NCBI RefSeq assembly: GCF_006345805.1
Contig: NC_043012.1
Span: forward strand, 9,858,001 to 9,922,000
Source of the DNA: Octopus sinensis
Lineage: Eukaryota
DNA: 64,000 nt
Direction of reading: 5' to 3'
The first letter of the stretch is position 1. Each line of letters opens with the position of its first letter. Of the stretch, positions 24,978 to 37,472 are shown in pieces. The notes under the pieces are model-generated. The model saw only the letters and a list, made by a program, of their open reading frames with translations. It ran no database searches and was not told the origin of the DNA. Made by a program: the position numbers and the translations under genes.

Positions 24978-27900
24978 ATGTCAAGTATGCTTAAATTAGG
25001 TTGTGTGAATGCGCGTGGCTTGGCGTCGGCTTGGAAGCAAGGTTACCTTCTAAACGACATCAGGTCACTGGACGTGGATATAGTAGCTATCAGTGAAACC
25101 AGACTCAGTAAGCCACGGGCCCTCGAGTCCATGTTTGGCAATCAATTTGACATTTATTTTTCTCCCTGTCTGCCGAACATGGGTGGTGGAAGTACTGCGG
25201 TGCTTTTTCGAAAGAGTCTAAAGGTAAAAGTAAGAGCAATATTCCTAGACCCGGAGGATAGGCTGGTTGTCTTGGACGTAGATGGCAGAAATGGGTTGCA
25301 TTCCGTCTGATGGCAGTTTATGCACCGTCCTTAACGGGTCGGGCGGATTTCTTCAGACGTCTAGAGGTTTTCCTGGGTACGTCTAGACCTTTACTGTTAG
25401 TAGGGGATTGGAACGCTACCTTGGACACGCATCTAGATTATGTGGGAAGGGATAGGAATAGAAGGGGGGTGTAAGAGCCTCAAAGACCTGCTCAGACGTT
25501 TCCATTTGTCTGACAGGTCCCGACTCGACCATCCGAACGTGCCAACGTGGACTTGGACAAACCGCGTCGGATCGTCGAGATCTTATCTAGATAGAATTGT
25601 ATGCAGGACAGCGGATAGGGATAGTGTAGGATGTCCACAATTTAAAATAGTCAGCTACACAGATCACAAATTTGTTACGTGTACGCTCGACTTAGATAAA
25701 ACACATAGGCAGGGTCCCGGTTACTGGAAACTGAACACGTCGCTGTTAGCGCGACAGGTTTACACAGGAACCGGATTAGCGAGTTAATTAAGAGGGCGCT
25801 GACGGAGCGGTCGTTAACAACCGCTGGTGGTACGCCCTGAAAATGGCAATAAAATCGGAATCAATTAGGTTTAGCAAGGATTAGCGATAGAACGAAATAG
25901 AGTAGAGGGAGACTTAGTTAAGAAACTAGAAGAGGCACTTACCACTGGCAGCGCAACCAACGTGCTGGCTGCGAGGATGGCCCTCGACCAACACCTCAAC
26001 GCCAAGCACGAAGGTTGCGTCGTCAGAGCTAAAATGCGTGCCTTAAGGAACGAAGGGATTGAAGCTGCGCGAGAGGCCCAGGTAGCGGAGGCGCAGCGTG
26101 GCAACAGATCAACCATTCGGTCTCTAATAGATCAACAGGGATGCAGTTTACTCGAACCCGAAAGGATGTGTGAGGCCTTTCAACAGCACTTTGCTCGACT
26201 GTTTGGTGCGAGTGGTGGGTCGGAACGCGGGATGGATTTCATTGCCTACCTGACCGACCTGCCGCGGCTCTCGGCAAGAGAAGCGGAGTGTTGTGAAAGT
26301 CCCATCACAGCCGCTGACGTGTGGGATGCGATGACGGGCTGCGCGAGGGATAAGTCGCCTGGATTGGATGGTTTACCCTACGAGCTGTATTATCGAATGC
26401 CAGACTTGTTTGGCGACCTCTTGGCATCAGTCTACTGCAACTGGCAACAAAACGGGAGAATCCCCGGTTTCGTGAGCCGAGGTGCAGTGACGTTGCTGAA
26501 GAAAGACTCAAACAAAGGGAATTTTATAGATAATTTCAGGCCCATCACTCTGCTCAACGCAGATTTGAAAATGTTGGCCAAAGTAATAGCCGAGAGTTTG
26601 GCGCTTGTCATTGGTAAACTGGTCGACAGGGCGCAAACATGCGCCGTGCCGGGCAGAACCATACATGACAACCTCCATCTGATGCGCTACATTGTGGACA
26701 GGGTAGTTAAGGATCCTGGCATGGGTGGGGCGCTGATAAATTTGGATCAGTCTAAAGCCTTCGATAGGGTCGACCATCGGTACTTGGCGGCCATCCTCAG
26801 GGCGGCTGGCTTCGGTCCCGTCTTCCGCGGTTGGATCGCTGCCTTGTATAGCGGCATCCGATCGGTGATTCGGGTGAACGGTCACCTGTCGAAACCGTTT
26901 GACATCACGCGTTCGGTCCGTCAGGGGTGTCCCCTGTCGGCGCTTCTGTATGTATTGACTCTCGAGCCGCTACTGCGGAAGCTGGTGACACTGAGGGGTA
27001 TCCCACGGGAACTGGGTTGCGGGACGAGCGTGTCGGCATATGCGGACGATGTCACCGTCATAGTGTCGAGCGACAAACACATCAAGATGATAGGCGAGAC
27101 ACTAAGAAAATATGAAACGGTGACGGGAGCAAAGATTAACCCGGAAAAGTCAGTGGGTTTGCTACTCGGCACCTGGAGAAGCAAGCCCATGCCGTCCGAC
27201 TGCGGCTCAGTAGTGGGACGCGGACGGACGGACCGGTTAAATTGCTCGGGGTCTGGTTCAGTCCGGACCTCCAAATGGATAAGAACTGGGACGAGATCAC
27301 GAGTAGAGTGGTCGCTCTCAGGCAAACATGGGCCGAGAGAAAGCTGTCTCTAAAAGGCCGGGCGGAGTGGCGAACGCGTACATCGCATCCGTCATCGATT
27401 ACCGCCTGACCGTCGTACCTTGTCCCGACGCCACCATCACCAAACTGGAACGCATACTCTTCCGCTTCCTGTGGAAGGGTGGCGTTCCGATGGTGAGGAA
27501 GTCCATTTGCTGTCAACATCCGTTGAATGGAGGACTGGGCAAGCCGTGGTTGATGATGCGCAGGCATGCGCTGAGACTGCGACATCTCTGGAAATTCATC
27601 GACGACGTTGAACAGGTGTGGGCGCCGTTTGTGAGGCGCGACTTCCCGCAGCTCGTCTCACTGACCGAACTGCAAACGTGGATCAAAAAGAGACCGAAAC
27701 TGGGCGATTGGCACCGAGAGTGTCGCCAAGCTCTACAGCAGCTCTGCCGACCGGGGTCAAACTTGTGCAACTTACAAACGACTAAAGCGTTCTATAGAGG
27801 ACTAGTGGAGGTGGGGTCCGACGACACACTCGGGGCAAACCTGGGCGTCGACGAAGAATTCCTAACCCGCCTGTTCAGGACGACGTTCGGGCCGGGGCCT

Positions 27901-28425
27901 ATGGATAACTTCCAGAAATCCCTGGCTTGGCAGTGCTATCGAGACGCACTACCTGTTCGAGAGAAGAGCTACAGACACGGTTCGAAAACCATCACCGGAC
28001 CGACCTGCCCGAGATGCGGTCAGAGCGACGAAACCGTTCTGCACGCACTCGTGCAGTGTCCAGATATTTCAGAGCTGTGGTCCTTCGTCGAACAGCTGTT
28101 GTCACGTGTAGGTCAGGCTCGCCTATCGGGCGAGTCTATCGTGAACATTGTTCCACCACCTTCCTTTAAACGGGAAGGGAAAACGGTTTTCGTTACGCTG
28201 ATGGCTATGGCGAAAGAATGTGTGTGGTGGACGCGTTTGAAAGGACTACAAACAAACACCTTCCTCTCTGGTCAGTCTCTCGTCACCTTTTTCAAGTACC
28301 ACTTGAAAAGGAGGATGAGAATAGAGAGGAAGGCTTTGTCGAACGAATGTTTTAATAAAAAGTGGGTAAAAGTGGCAAAAATGGTCAGTATGAAAGACGA
28401 CACTATTTTAGGCATAAATCTGTAA
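24978..28425 (+). CDS. ORF2: APE endonuclease, reverse transcriptase and C-terminal CCHC; frameshifted
   Basis: NARG, ISETR, VYAP, GDWN, YLDR, TDH, GYWKLN; KSPGLDG, FRPITLLN, DQSKAFDRV, VRQGCPLS, YADD; GGLG, CPRCGQSDETVLHALVQCP. Confidence 0.92.
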
Positions 28426-28818
28426 CCAAAAGAGACAACGAGAAGTAAGGCGACTTACTCATGTGTTCTTTTTCGAATTGCCTGAGGTGACCTTGGTCTT
28501 TTTTGTAGGTTTTTCTTTCAAGGCTACACCTAAACTGTGAACCTTATATATATATACATATTGCTTTTTATACACCACACAACCCACAGATCCCTATTGA
28601 TCAAACGTTTTTTTTTTTTTTTTTTGCCCCACCCATCCCACCTCGAAAAGAAAAAAAATTCTACAGTGTATTTCGTCATCATTTTTATTATGTGTTTAGC
28701 CCTGTGTGGCTACAATAAAAAGTTATCTATCTATCTATCTATCTAGCTAGCTAGCTAGCTATTATCTCTCTGTCTATCTATCTACCTATCTCTCTCTCTC
28801 TCTCTCTCTTGTATATAT

Positions 28819-28875
<57 letters not shown>

Positions 28876-29416
28876 ATATGTATGTATGTATCTATCTATA
28901 TATCTACATACACATGCGTGTGTTTGTGTGGGGACAGAACAATTGAATATAAAATATTGTACGCTTAAGAATCTAAAACCCGAAAACGTAAAGAAGCCTA
29001 GAAAATGCAAAGAGGAAATATATAACAAATATCAGTAATTCACAACAGTCTCATATATCCAAGGCGGTAGGTTGATACAATCCGATTCATTCAATAAATA
29101 ATTTCTTCCTCTCTGAATGTTTCAAATCCTACGCGAAGAATAACACTGAAATTGCGAAACTATAGAAAATATATGGAATCATATCTCCATCATAAAAATC
29201 TATGATGGATTTCTGTATGAAATTAAGAAACAGAGTACGGTAAGTACTATCATGATTTATATGGCTTTGACGTTGAGAAACTAATTTCACAAGTATGCAT
29301 AATGCTTTTAACACATTTAGTATTCTATCATTTTGTGTCTTTCGAAACCCTATCAATGACGCTTTGATCAACGACCTTAATGTGTTTGTACATACGTACA
29401 TACATACATACATACA

Positions 29417-29450
<34 letters not shown>

Positions 29451-29482
29451 CATACATACATACATACATAGATACACACACA

Positions 29483-29564
<82 letters not shown>

Positions 29565-29762
29565 TGTTGTCCTTACCTTCGGAACGCGAAGTAGATGAAA
29601 CAGGGACAACTGATGAAGGGGAATATTCTTTATGTTGCATGTCTCATTTCTCTGTTTCTTTTTTCGTTGTTCTCCCAAAAAGTTCATTTTCTAAGTTTTT
29701 TTATTTTGTTTTCGTTTCCTATTGTGTTCAACGGTTTTTTGATGTCCTCTACTCATCTATGC

Positions 29763-29867
<105 letters not shown>

Positions 29868-29880
29868 TATATATATATAT

Positions 29881-30102
29881 ACCCGAGTAAACACATAAAT
29901 GTGAAACAAGGTGGAAAAAAGAGTACTCAAATACCAGAGGTAGAGTAATATGCTTTATTTAAGGCAGCAGAAAATTCAACAAAACCTGTTACTTTGAGTT
30001 TCCCGTTGCTGTTCATCGGAAAGTTTTTCTAGCAAAAACTGTCCGATGAACGGCAACGGGAAACTCAGAGTAACAGGTTTTGTTGAATTTTCTGCTGCTT
30101 TA

Positions 30103-30105
<3 letters not shown>
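29881..30105 (-). mobile_element. small fold-back hammerhead element in (TA)n, second copy
   Basis: Inverted arms centred at ~30030. Extension 29881-29950 is the reverse complement of 21591-21665. Confidence 0.8.
30034..30081 (+). ncRNA. variant hammerhead motif (CCGAUGA core), mirrored on the minus strand at ~29985-30023
   Basis: AAAACTGT-CCGATGA(30043-30049)-ACG-GCAA-CGG-GAAA-CTCAGAG-TA^ACAGGTTTT. Stem I pairs; the stem II closing pair is mismatched. Confidence 0.58.
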
Positions 30106-30138
<33 letters not shown>

Positions 30139-30321
30139 TCAGTTTCCTGATGATTTCTTTTGAATGAAACAGTTCTAGTCCTGTAGAAGCTCCTTCTATA
30201 AAATAAATATATATATATAATAATAAATATTAGGGAATAAATCTAAATTTACAGGGAAAATTAAATTTAGGATTGAATCCAATTTTATAGTAAAATATTA
30301 TATAATATTAATTAGAGACAA

Positions 30322-30372
<51 letters not shown>

Positions 30373-30821
30373 TGTATGTATGTACATATATGTGTATATA
30401 TATATTATATATTATATATATATATATTATATATATACATATATACATATATCTGTGTGTGTGTGTGTGTGTGTTTGAATGTTTAGAAGTGTTTAAGTTG
30501 GTGCCGAGAAAACACGTTTTATCAATGTACTCGCAAATGCTTTATATTATCGTTGTTGCTTAATGTTGCTGTTACTTTAAAATCGAAATGAGCTCTGATG
30601 GTCTGGTGGTGGAGTTCTGTCACTAGGGAATGAGGATTCGGTTGTTTAATTAACTGAATTACTTGTTCTTTAATTAACACCTTAAGTGTCAGCTTCTCTC
30701 GATCCAATTTTACTCACAGAAAAATGCCATTTGCTCAAGACTTTTCCCAAAGAGATAGAGACCGGAATCTAGTTGTTCCCAAGTGAACTACTGCGATTAT
30801 TCTGATATGGATACTGCAGCT

Positions 30822-31173
30822 TGTTTGTTTGTTGAGCGAAGCGGTCTTCGTCCTCTTGGGAGAAGTCCACAACGTGGTCCTTTGCTATTCGTAAGACTCA
30901 CAGAAGAGAAAGGAGTTCAACCCCCGACACCGAGAGCATCGACGGATGGATGAATGCGCATCCAGGCTCAGCGGTTGCGTAGGAATTCGGGAACAAGAGA
31001 CAGGAAGAAAGAGTGAGAGAAATTTGGAGCGAAAGAGTACAACAGGGGTCGCCCCACCCTGCCGGAGCATCGTGAAGCTTTAGGTGTTTTCGCACAATAA
31101 ACACACATAACGCCCGGTCTGGAAATCGAAACCGCGAGTCCGCTGCCCTAACCATTGGGCCATTGCGCCTCCA
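30822..31173 (-). mobile_element. SINE with family A head and a different 3' tail, 9-bp TSD
   Basis: 5' half matches 433-620. The tail is unrelated and ends in (CAAA)n. ACTGCAGCT at 30813-30821 and 31179-31187. Confidence 0.85.
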
Positions 31174-33449
31174 TTGAAACTGCAGCTGAAATAATCCCTT
31201 CTTATTCTCATCTTGACATTGTAGTTATGACTACAATTTCCAATGTGTCCTTTGTCTTTTTAAGAAAATACAATGTCACAAGAGGAGGGTTTTTATTTTT
31301 TAGCTCTGCCTGATCGATCGACCCCATAGAAGATTCTGTGCTTTATATTTTTGTTTGCTGAAAATATGCCTTTGGGTAAGACTATTGAACTTAAAGTAGC
31401 GACAGATACGTCATACTTCGAAAATCTATTGACAGACATTGGCGCTAACTTCTACCTCGGCAACCCTGCTATTCTAACAAAATGTTTAAGAAATAAAATG
31501 CTTCACTTCAACATTCATGTTTACTCACACGACGCAGAGAAAGTTTTAAACTACAGTGAATGGATTCTTTCTAAACTATTATCTCCATTCTTTATTGTAT
31601 TGATAACATTACTTCATAAGACGCAAAGATCACACATCAAAGACGAAAATGCACTAACAAATCTCAGAATTTAACTGAGAAGGTTTTCCTTTGCGCTTAT
31701 TTACTTTAAAAGGATAATGAAAAGAAAAAAGAAATCCATCAATTAATGTGATTTCAACGTCATTTCTTTTAACTCCACAAAGGCACAGTCAAGAGAAACA
31801 TAATTCCTTAACAGCAACAATAACTGTAAAATACATTAAAAAATATAATTAAACGATGTAGGAATTGCGTGTCAAAAAAGTTTTAAAAATGCAAAAAAAA
31901 AAAGCTGCGGAAAAGTATTCGATTTTTAGTTTAATTAGCTGAAAATACAAGAGAGCTATATAATTACTTGAAGAGGCATTTCCAGTTTAAGAAGTAATTA
32001 ATCAGACATGTAGCCAATTAAATACGCGTTGGTCATTCTCAAAGTATTCCACAGCTATTTTTGAAATTTCTATCTCTGAGATAACTATTCCCGTAGTAGA
32101 ACCCAAACAATTAACCTGCAAAATATATAGTTTATCTCCCATCTTACAGGATCGTTGGAATTGTTGAGCATTATTAAATTTTATATTACAACTTAAGGTG
32201 TGTTTCGAAGTTTGTGCAAGCTCTAGTTTCACCATCACATGACGGTGGTTTCAATTCGTTGAGCGAGCGGCGCGTTCTACTCTTGAGCAAATCATTTCAT
32301 TTCACAGATCTAAGATTTATGAACAATCAACTCAGTTTATTCAGCTGAGTTCATTGCCATCCCAAGTACTGGAATAATCCACGTTCCCCTCGACAATCAC
32401 TTCCTGCAATGGTGTCTCAATCATTTTGCAGCTACTTGGGCACCGAAAATGATTGGAAAAAGCATGGTACTTGCAAACACGTCAAACTCAGACAGAAGTG
32501 ACGCATATAGATTTTATTTTCAATATAATCTGTATTTATTTAGGCCCCAGATCAGCAGATCTCAAAGCATCTCTCAGCGCCTTATGCAACCCTCAATCGT
32601 CCTTTCAGCCCCCTCGGCGATTTTCCCTCAAAAAATATTTTTTACTTACTTTAACTATTTTAGTTAATTATTTGTATTTTATTTTTTTTGTGCCCCTATC
32701 TTCAGAAATCCAGGTTTTAAATTTGGTCTGGATATTAAAAAAGATCGAGAACCACAGTTTTTGAGGATTGAGTTCAGACAACGTGCGACAGTAGGAGAGA
32801 TATTTTTGAAAATAATAATTAATACGACATTAATACGAGTTGAAATATGGAGACAAATAATTTTATGAGAGCTGGGAATCCCATGAGTCAAGGAAAAGCT
32901 TTGCCCTGCTCATGTTAAAACTAAATGAGTTGAAAGCTATCGTTTTAAGTATTTCTATTCGTTAGATTGATAAACAAAAACAAAGTACAAATAAATCCTG
33001 ACAGAATAATTGGGGTGACTGAATCTGCTTGTTAATTGCTGAATGATATAAGTTGTGTAGTAATTGTTGAACGTGATATCTGTTCGGTAAGAGTTTCGGC
33101 GAAAGGTGAGAGCTAAATGCGCAAGAGAAGACAGAAAAAGAAATAATCACAGCTCGTGAGATGGTAATGGTGAACCGGGTCACCATTACCGTATCTCGGT
33201 TCAAGGCTCTTTGTTCTTTGGTGCACATTACTAGTTGATCGGCAATGCTTTACACAGTAACACCCAAAACAAAAATGACACATTCAGGCTCAAACTTCGA
33301 TCACGTGACCAGAAGCGTACCAACTATAAGCATGCATGCGCAGAAGGCTGTGTGACAATATCAAAGATATGTTATGGCAAAAGTGCGTATACGTTTTGAC
33401 TCCAGCTCGTATGTATATTATATAATGTAATATATATACATACATACAC

Positions 33450-34733
33450 CTTTGTTATGTCCTGTTATTTGTATTTGTGTAACATTCTCCGTTTTATTCC
33501 GTCCTTATTTTCGTATGTATTCAGTGCTTTCTTCCAAGAAAATTAATGCTCTGAGATTAGTTTTTCCTTGGGACTGGCTAGATAGGAGCAATCATGAGTA
33601 TAATCAGCCGAAATTGCAAAGATAATCTGAAACTCGACTGTGGATAGAAAACTCCAAATGACCCTTCCGTGTTTTCTTTGTATAGTATGTCTGGATGTTT
33701 TGTTGACCGTTTTTTTGTATCACCTAACTGTCTGGATGTTTTGCGTTCTTGTCCCATTTTTGTATTTTTTATATATAAAAAAATAAGGCGGGGAGCTGGC
33801 AGAATCGTTAGCACGCCGGGCGAAATTCTTAGTGGTATTTCGTCTGCCGCTTCGTTCTGAGTTCAAATTCCGCCGAGGTCGACTTTGCCTTTCATCCTTT
33901 CGGGGGTCGAAAAATTAAGTACCAGTTACGCACTGGGGTCGATGTAATCGACTTAATACCTATGTCTGTCCTTGTTTGTCCCCTCTGTGTTTGGCCCCTT
34001 GTGGGTAGTAAAGAAATTGGTGTACGCTCATTTTGGTCTCTTATATGTAAGTATATATTTATCTAAATTTTGCACGACTCTATTCTTTCTATTTTTTCAT
34101 TATTTTCCTTCTTGCTATCAACCCTTTCCCGCTTACTTCGTTCATTCCACTCTTCGTTCATTTGTTCTCCCTCTCTCACATTTCCTGGTTTTCTCTTCAT
34201 GCTCTCTTTCCTTCCTCTTTTAACTTCAATGTGTTCCTTTCATTTTCCCGCCCTTCCTTAATTCTCCTATCCCTCTGCCTCGACCTCTCTCTCTCTCTCT
34301 CTTCTCTCCCCACGTGACCGGTGTTCGGCCAAAACTGATCTTTCTTACTTGGTTCGATTACCATCTATATTTCTCCCTGCGCATGTGAAATCTTATGTCC
34401 TTGCCGTAAAGCGTTACATCCACACATGCCAGCTTAATTTAATTCATCCTTAGTCGAAAGGCATCTGTTGTTAATGTCCTGTTATTTGTATTTGTGTAAC
34501 ATTCTCCGTTTTATTCCGTCCTTGTTTTCGCATACATTTGCTGCTTTCTTCCAAGAAATCTAATGCTCTTAGATTAGTTTTTCCTTGGGGCTGGCCTGAT
34601 TGGACAATCTCGAGTATAACCAGCCGAAATTGCAAAGACAATCTGGAACTCGAAGGAGGATAAAAACTCCGAATGAGCCATCCTTGTTTTCTTTGCATCT
34701 TCTGTCTGTATGTTTTGTTCTCCCTTTTTGTGT

Positions 34734-34737
<4 letters not shown>
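33450..34737 (+). mobile_element. element with ~265-bp direct repeats (pLTR-like), bounded by TA-rich tracts
   Basis: 33452-33715 and 34470-34735 align (ATGTCCTGTTATTTGTATTTGTGTAACATTCTCCG...CAGCCGAAATTGCAAAGA). Confidence 0.65.
33786..34018 (+). mobile_element. SINE family B monomer
   Basis: Complete head, core and tail. Confidence 0.9.
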
Positions 34738-34811
<74 letters not shown>

Positions 34812-34843
34812 TATATACATATACATACATACATACATACATA

Positions 34844-34919
<76 letters not shown>

Positions 34920-35417
34920 ATACATATAGGCCCTTAAGTACTTCACTTTAAAAGTACAGTGAGTGTTGTCTAAGCCAGATTTAGTACGTTGGGCCTTCTA
35001 TATCCTGATACATAGCGGCTCGACAAATCGCTAGCGATAAAATGATTAACAATATGAAAGAAAGCAATCAGAATCCATTCAATGTCTTGCTCAAGAATGG
35101 GTGTATTCCAGTGATTGAATATGCGGAAAAAAAACAAGAAATATAGAAAAAGAAAATAAGAATGTAGCAAAAATCGAATATGCGTGTATAAAAATGCAGA
35201 CACCGCTTTAATAAACATACTTAATATTGGACTGGCTCGATCAAGGATAACCTGCGGCCACACTACCAATACCGGCACCACCACACCAAGCAAAAACACC
35301 AACAAAACAGCAATAACAACAACAACAAAAAAGCACATTAATTATTTGCCAATTCTCAAAACGGTGTTTATACAACCGAATGTAATGAATAAACGTAACT
35401 AGAGACACAAAACGGAG

Positions 35418-35418
35418 A

Positions 35419-35451
<33 letters not shown>

Positions 35452-35637
35452 TGATGATGATGACGATGATGAGGTTGATGAGGTTGATGATGATGGTGGT
35501 GGTGGTGGTGATGATGATGATGATGGTGGTGGTGATGATGATGATGATGATGATGATGAGGTTGATGATGATGGTGGTGGTGGTGGTGGTGATGATGATG
35601 ATGATGGTGGTGGTGATGATGATGATGATAATGATGG

Positions 35638-35676
<39 letters not shown>

Positions 35677-35732
35677 GGTTGATGATGATGGTGGTGGTGG
35701 TGGTGATGATGATGATGATGGTGGTGGTGATG

Positions 35733-35771
<39 letters not shown>

Positions 35772-36399
35772 CGATGATGATGATGAGGTTGATGATGATG
35801 GTGGTGGTGGTGGTGATGATGATGATGATGGTGGTGGTGATGACGATGATGATGATGGTGGTGGTGACGAAGAAGAAGATGATGATGAAGAAGTAGAAGA
35901 TGAAGATGAAGATGAAGATGATGATGATGATGAAAAGGAGGAAGGAAAAAAATGAAGAAAAACAAGACGAAGGAACAGGAAGACAAATTTGATGATGATG
36001 GTGTTAGTGGTGGTGGTGATGATGGTGATGATGCTGAAGGTGGTGGTGGGGGTGATGGTAGTAAAGATGAACATGACAACGACGATGTTGTTGATATTAG
36101 CGTTGATGATGATGATGATGATGATGATGGTAATCATCATCATCATCATCAACATCATCGTCGTATTCGTCATCGTCATTCTCCTCCTCCACCTCCCCCT
36201 CCTCATCATCATCATCCCCATCATCATCATCATCATCATCATCATCACCATCATATCATCCTCCTCCGCATCACAATCATCATCATCCCCATCATCATCA
36301 TCATCATCATCGTCATCATCATCATAATCATCATCATCATAATCATCATCATCATCAGCACCATCATATCATCCTCCTCCTCCTCATCATCATCATCCC

Positions 36400-36431
<32 letters not shown>

Positions 36432-36432
36432 C

Positions 36433-36465
<33 letters not shown>

Positions 36466-36499
36466 TATCATTATCATCATCATCATCATTATCATTATC

Positions 36500-36531
<32 letters not shown>

Positions 36532-36543
36532 CATCATCATCCC

Positions 36544-36584
<41 letters not shown>

Positions 36585-36615
36585 CCATCATATCATCCTC
36601 CTCACCACCACCACC

Positions 36616-36648
<33 letters not shown>

Positions 36649-36650
36649 GT
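35418..36650. repeat. compound (GAT/GGT)n tract followed by complementary (CAT/CAC)n tract
   Basis: Seen directly; the strand switch is at ~36130. Confidence 0.95.
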
Positions 36651-36855
36651 CATGAACACGATGCTAATGATAATTAAACGTCACGTGCATAGGTTATTTT
36701 CTTGTCTTGTAACAACTTTAGAGAGAAGCGATAAGACGGTTAGAGGTTAGCAAAACTTCCTGTAGCAGTAGCTTAAACTATTATCAGTACAGTCACGTTC
36801 AGATTGTAATTTCTCTGTATGTATTATATGGACGTGTGCTTGTGTTTGTGTGTGT

Positions 36856-36898
<43 letters not shown>

Positions 36899-37022
36899 TG
36901 TCTGTGTGTGCATGAATGTATGCGTGTTATGTATATATGTGTGTGTGTTTACCTACGCATTTGTGTATCTGAGTTATGAATACATATGTACGAATGTACT
37001 CATACATACATAAATAGACATA

Positions 37023-37059
<37 letters not shown>

Positions 37060-37194
37060 ATGCATATATATGTTTGCATAAGTGTGTATACATGATTATA
37101 TTTTCAATTTTTTTCGCGGATAGAGAAAAGGTCGTTTCTATCCGAGAAACTAGATTCCTTTATTGGAATTTAGACAATATGAAACATAACAACT

Positions 37195-37405
37195 ATATAT
37201 GGCAGAATCGTTAGCAGCCCGGGCAACATGCTTAGCACTATTTCGCCCGTCTTTACGTTCAAATCCTGACGAGGCCGACTTTGGCTTTCATGCTTTTTCT
37301 TGGGGGGGGGGGGTCGATAAATGAAGTACCAGTGAAACACTTAGGTCGATGTAATCGATTAATTCCATCCCTTCATATTCCACGCGTTGTGCCTTTTGTA
37401 AAAAG
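37195..37405 (+). mobile_element. degenerate SINE family B variant
   Basis: TGGCAGAATCGTTAGCA..GGTCGATAAATGAAGTACCAG..GTGCC.TTGTA.AAAGGATT tail. Confidence 0.75.
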
Positions 37406-37406
37406 G

Positions 37407-37468
<62 letters not shown>

Positions 37469-37472
37469 CATT

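Larger units (their letters stand above)
22861..28762 (+). mobile_element. full-length Tx1/L1-clade non-LTR retrotransposon inserted in (ATCT)n with 15-bp TSD
   Basis: ORF1 plus APE-RT ORF2, AATAAA and an (ATCT)/(AGCT) tail. TATCTCTCTGTCTAT is duplicated at 22846-22860 and 28763-28777. Confidence 0.93.

Noticed and set aside
29563-29625. GTTGTCC...GAAACAG-GGACAAC stem and an adjacent CTGATGA
   Set aside because: Core elements are not in a workable hammerhead order and spacing; at most a decayed relic.
35241-36677. Long ORFs (337, 241, 226 aa) of poly-H/S/D/M
   Set aside because: Translations of trinucleotide microsatellites. The same applies to the YIYI, VCVC and poly-N/I ORFs throughout.
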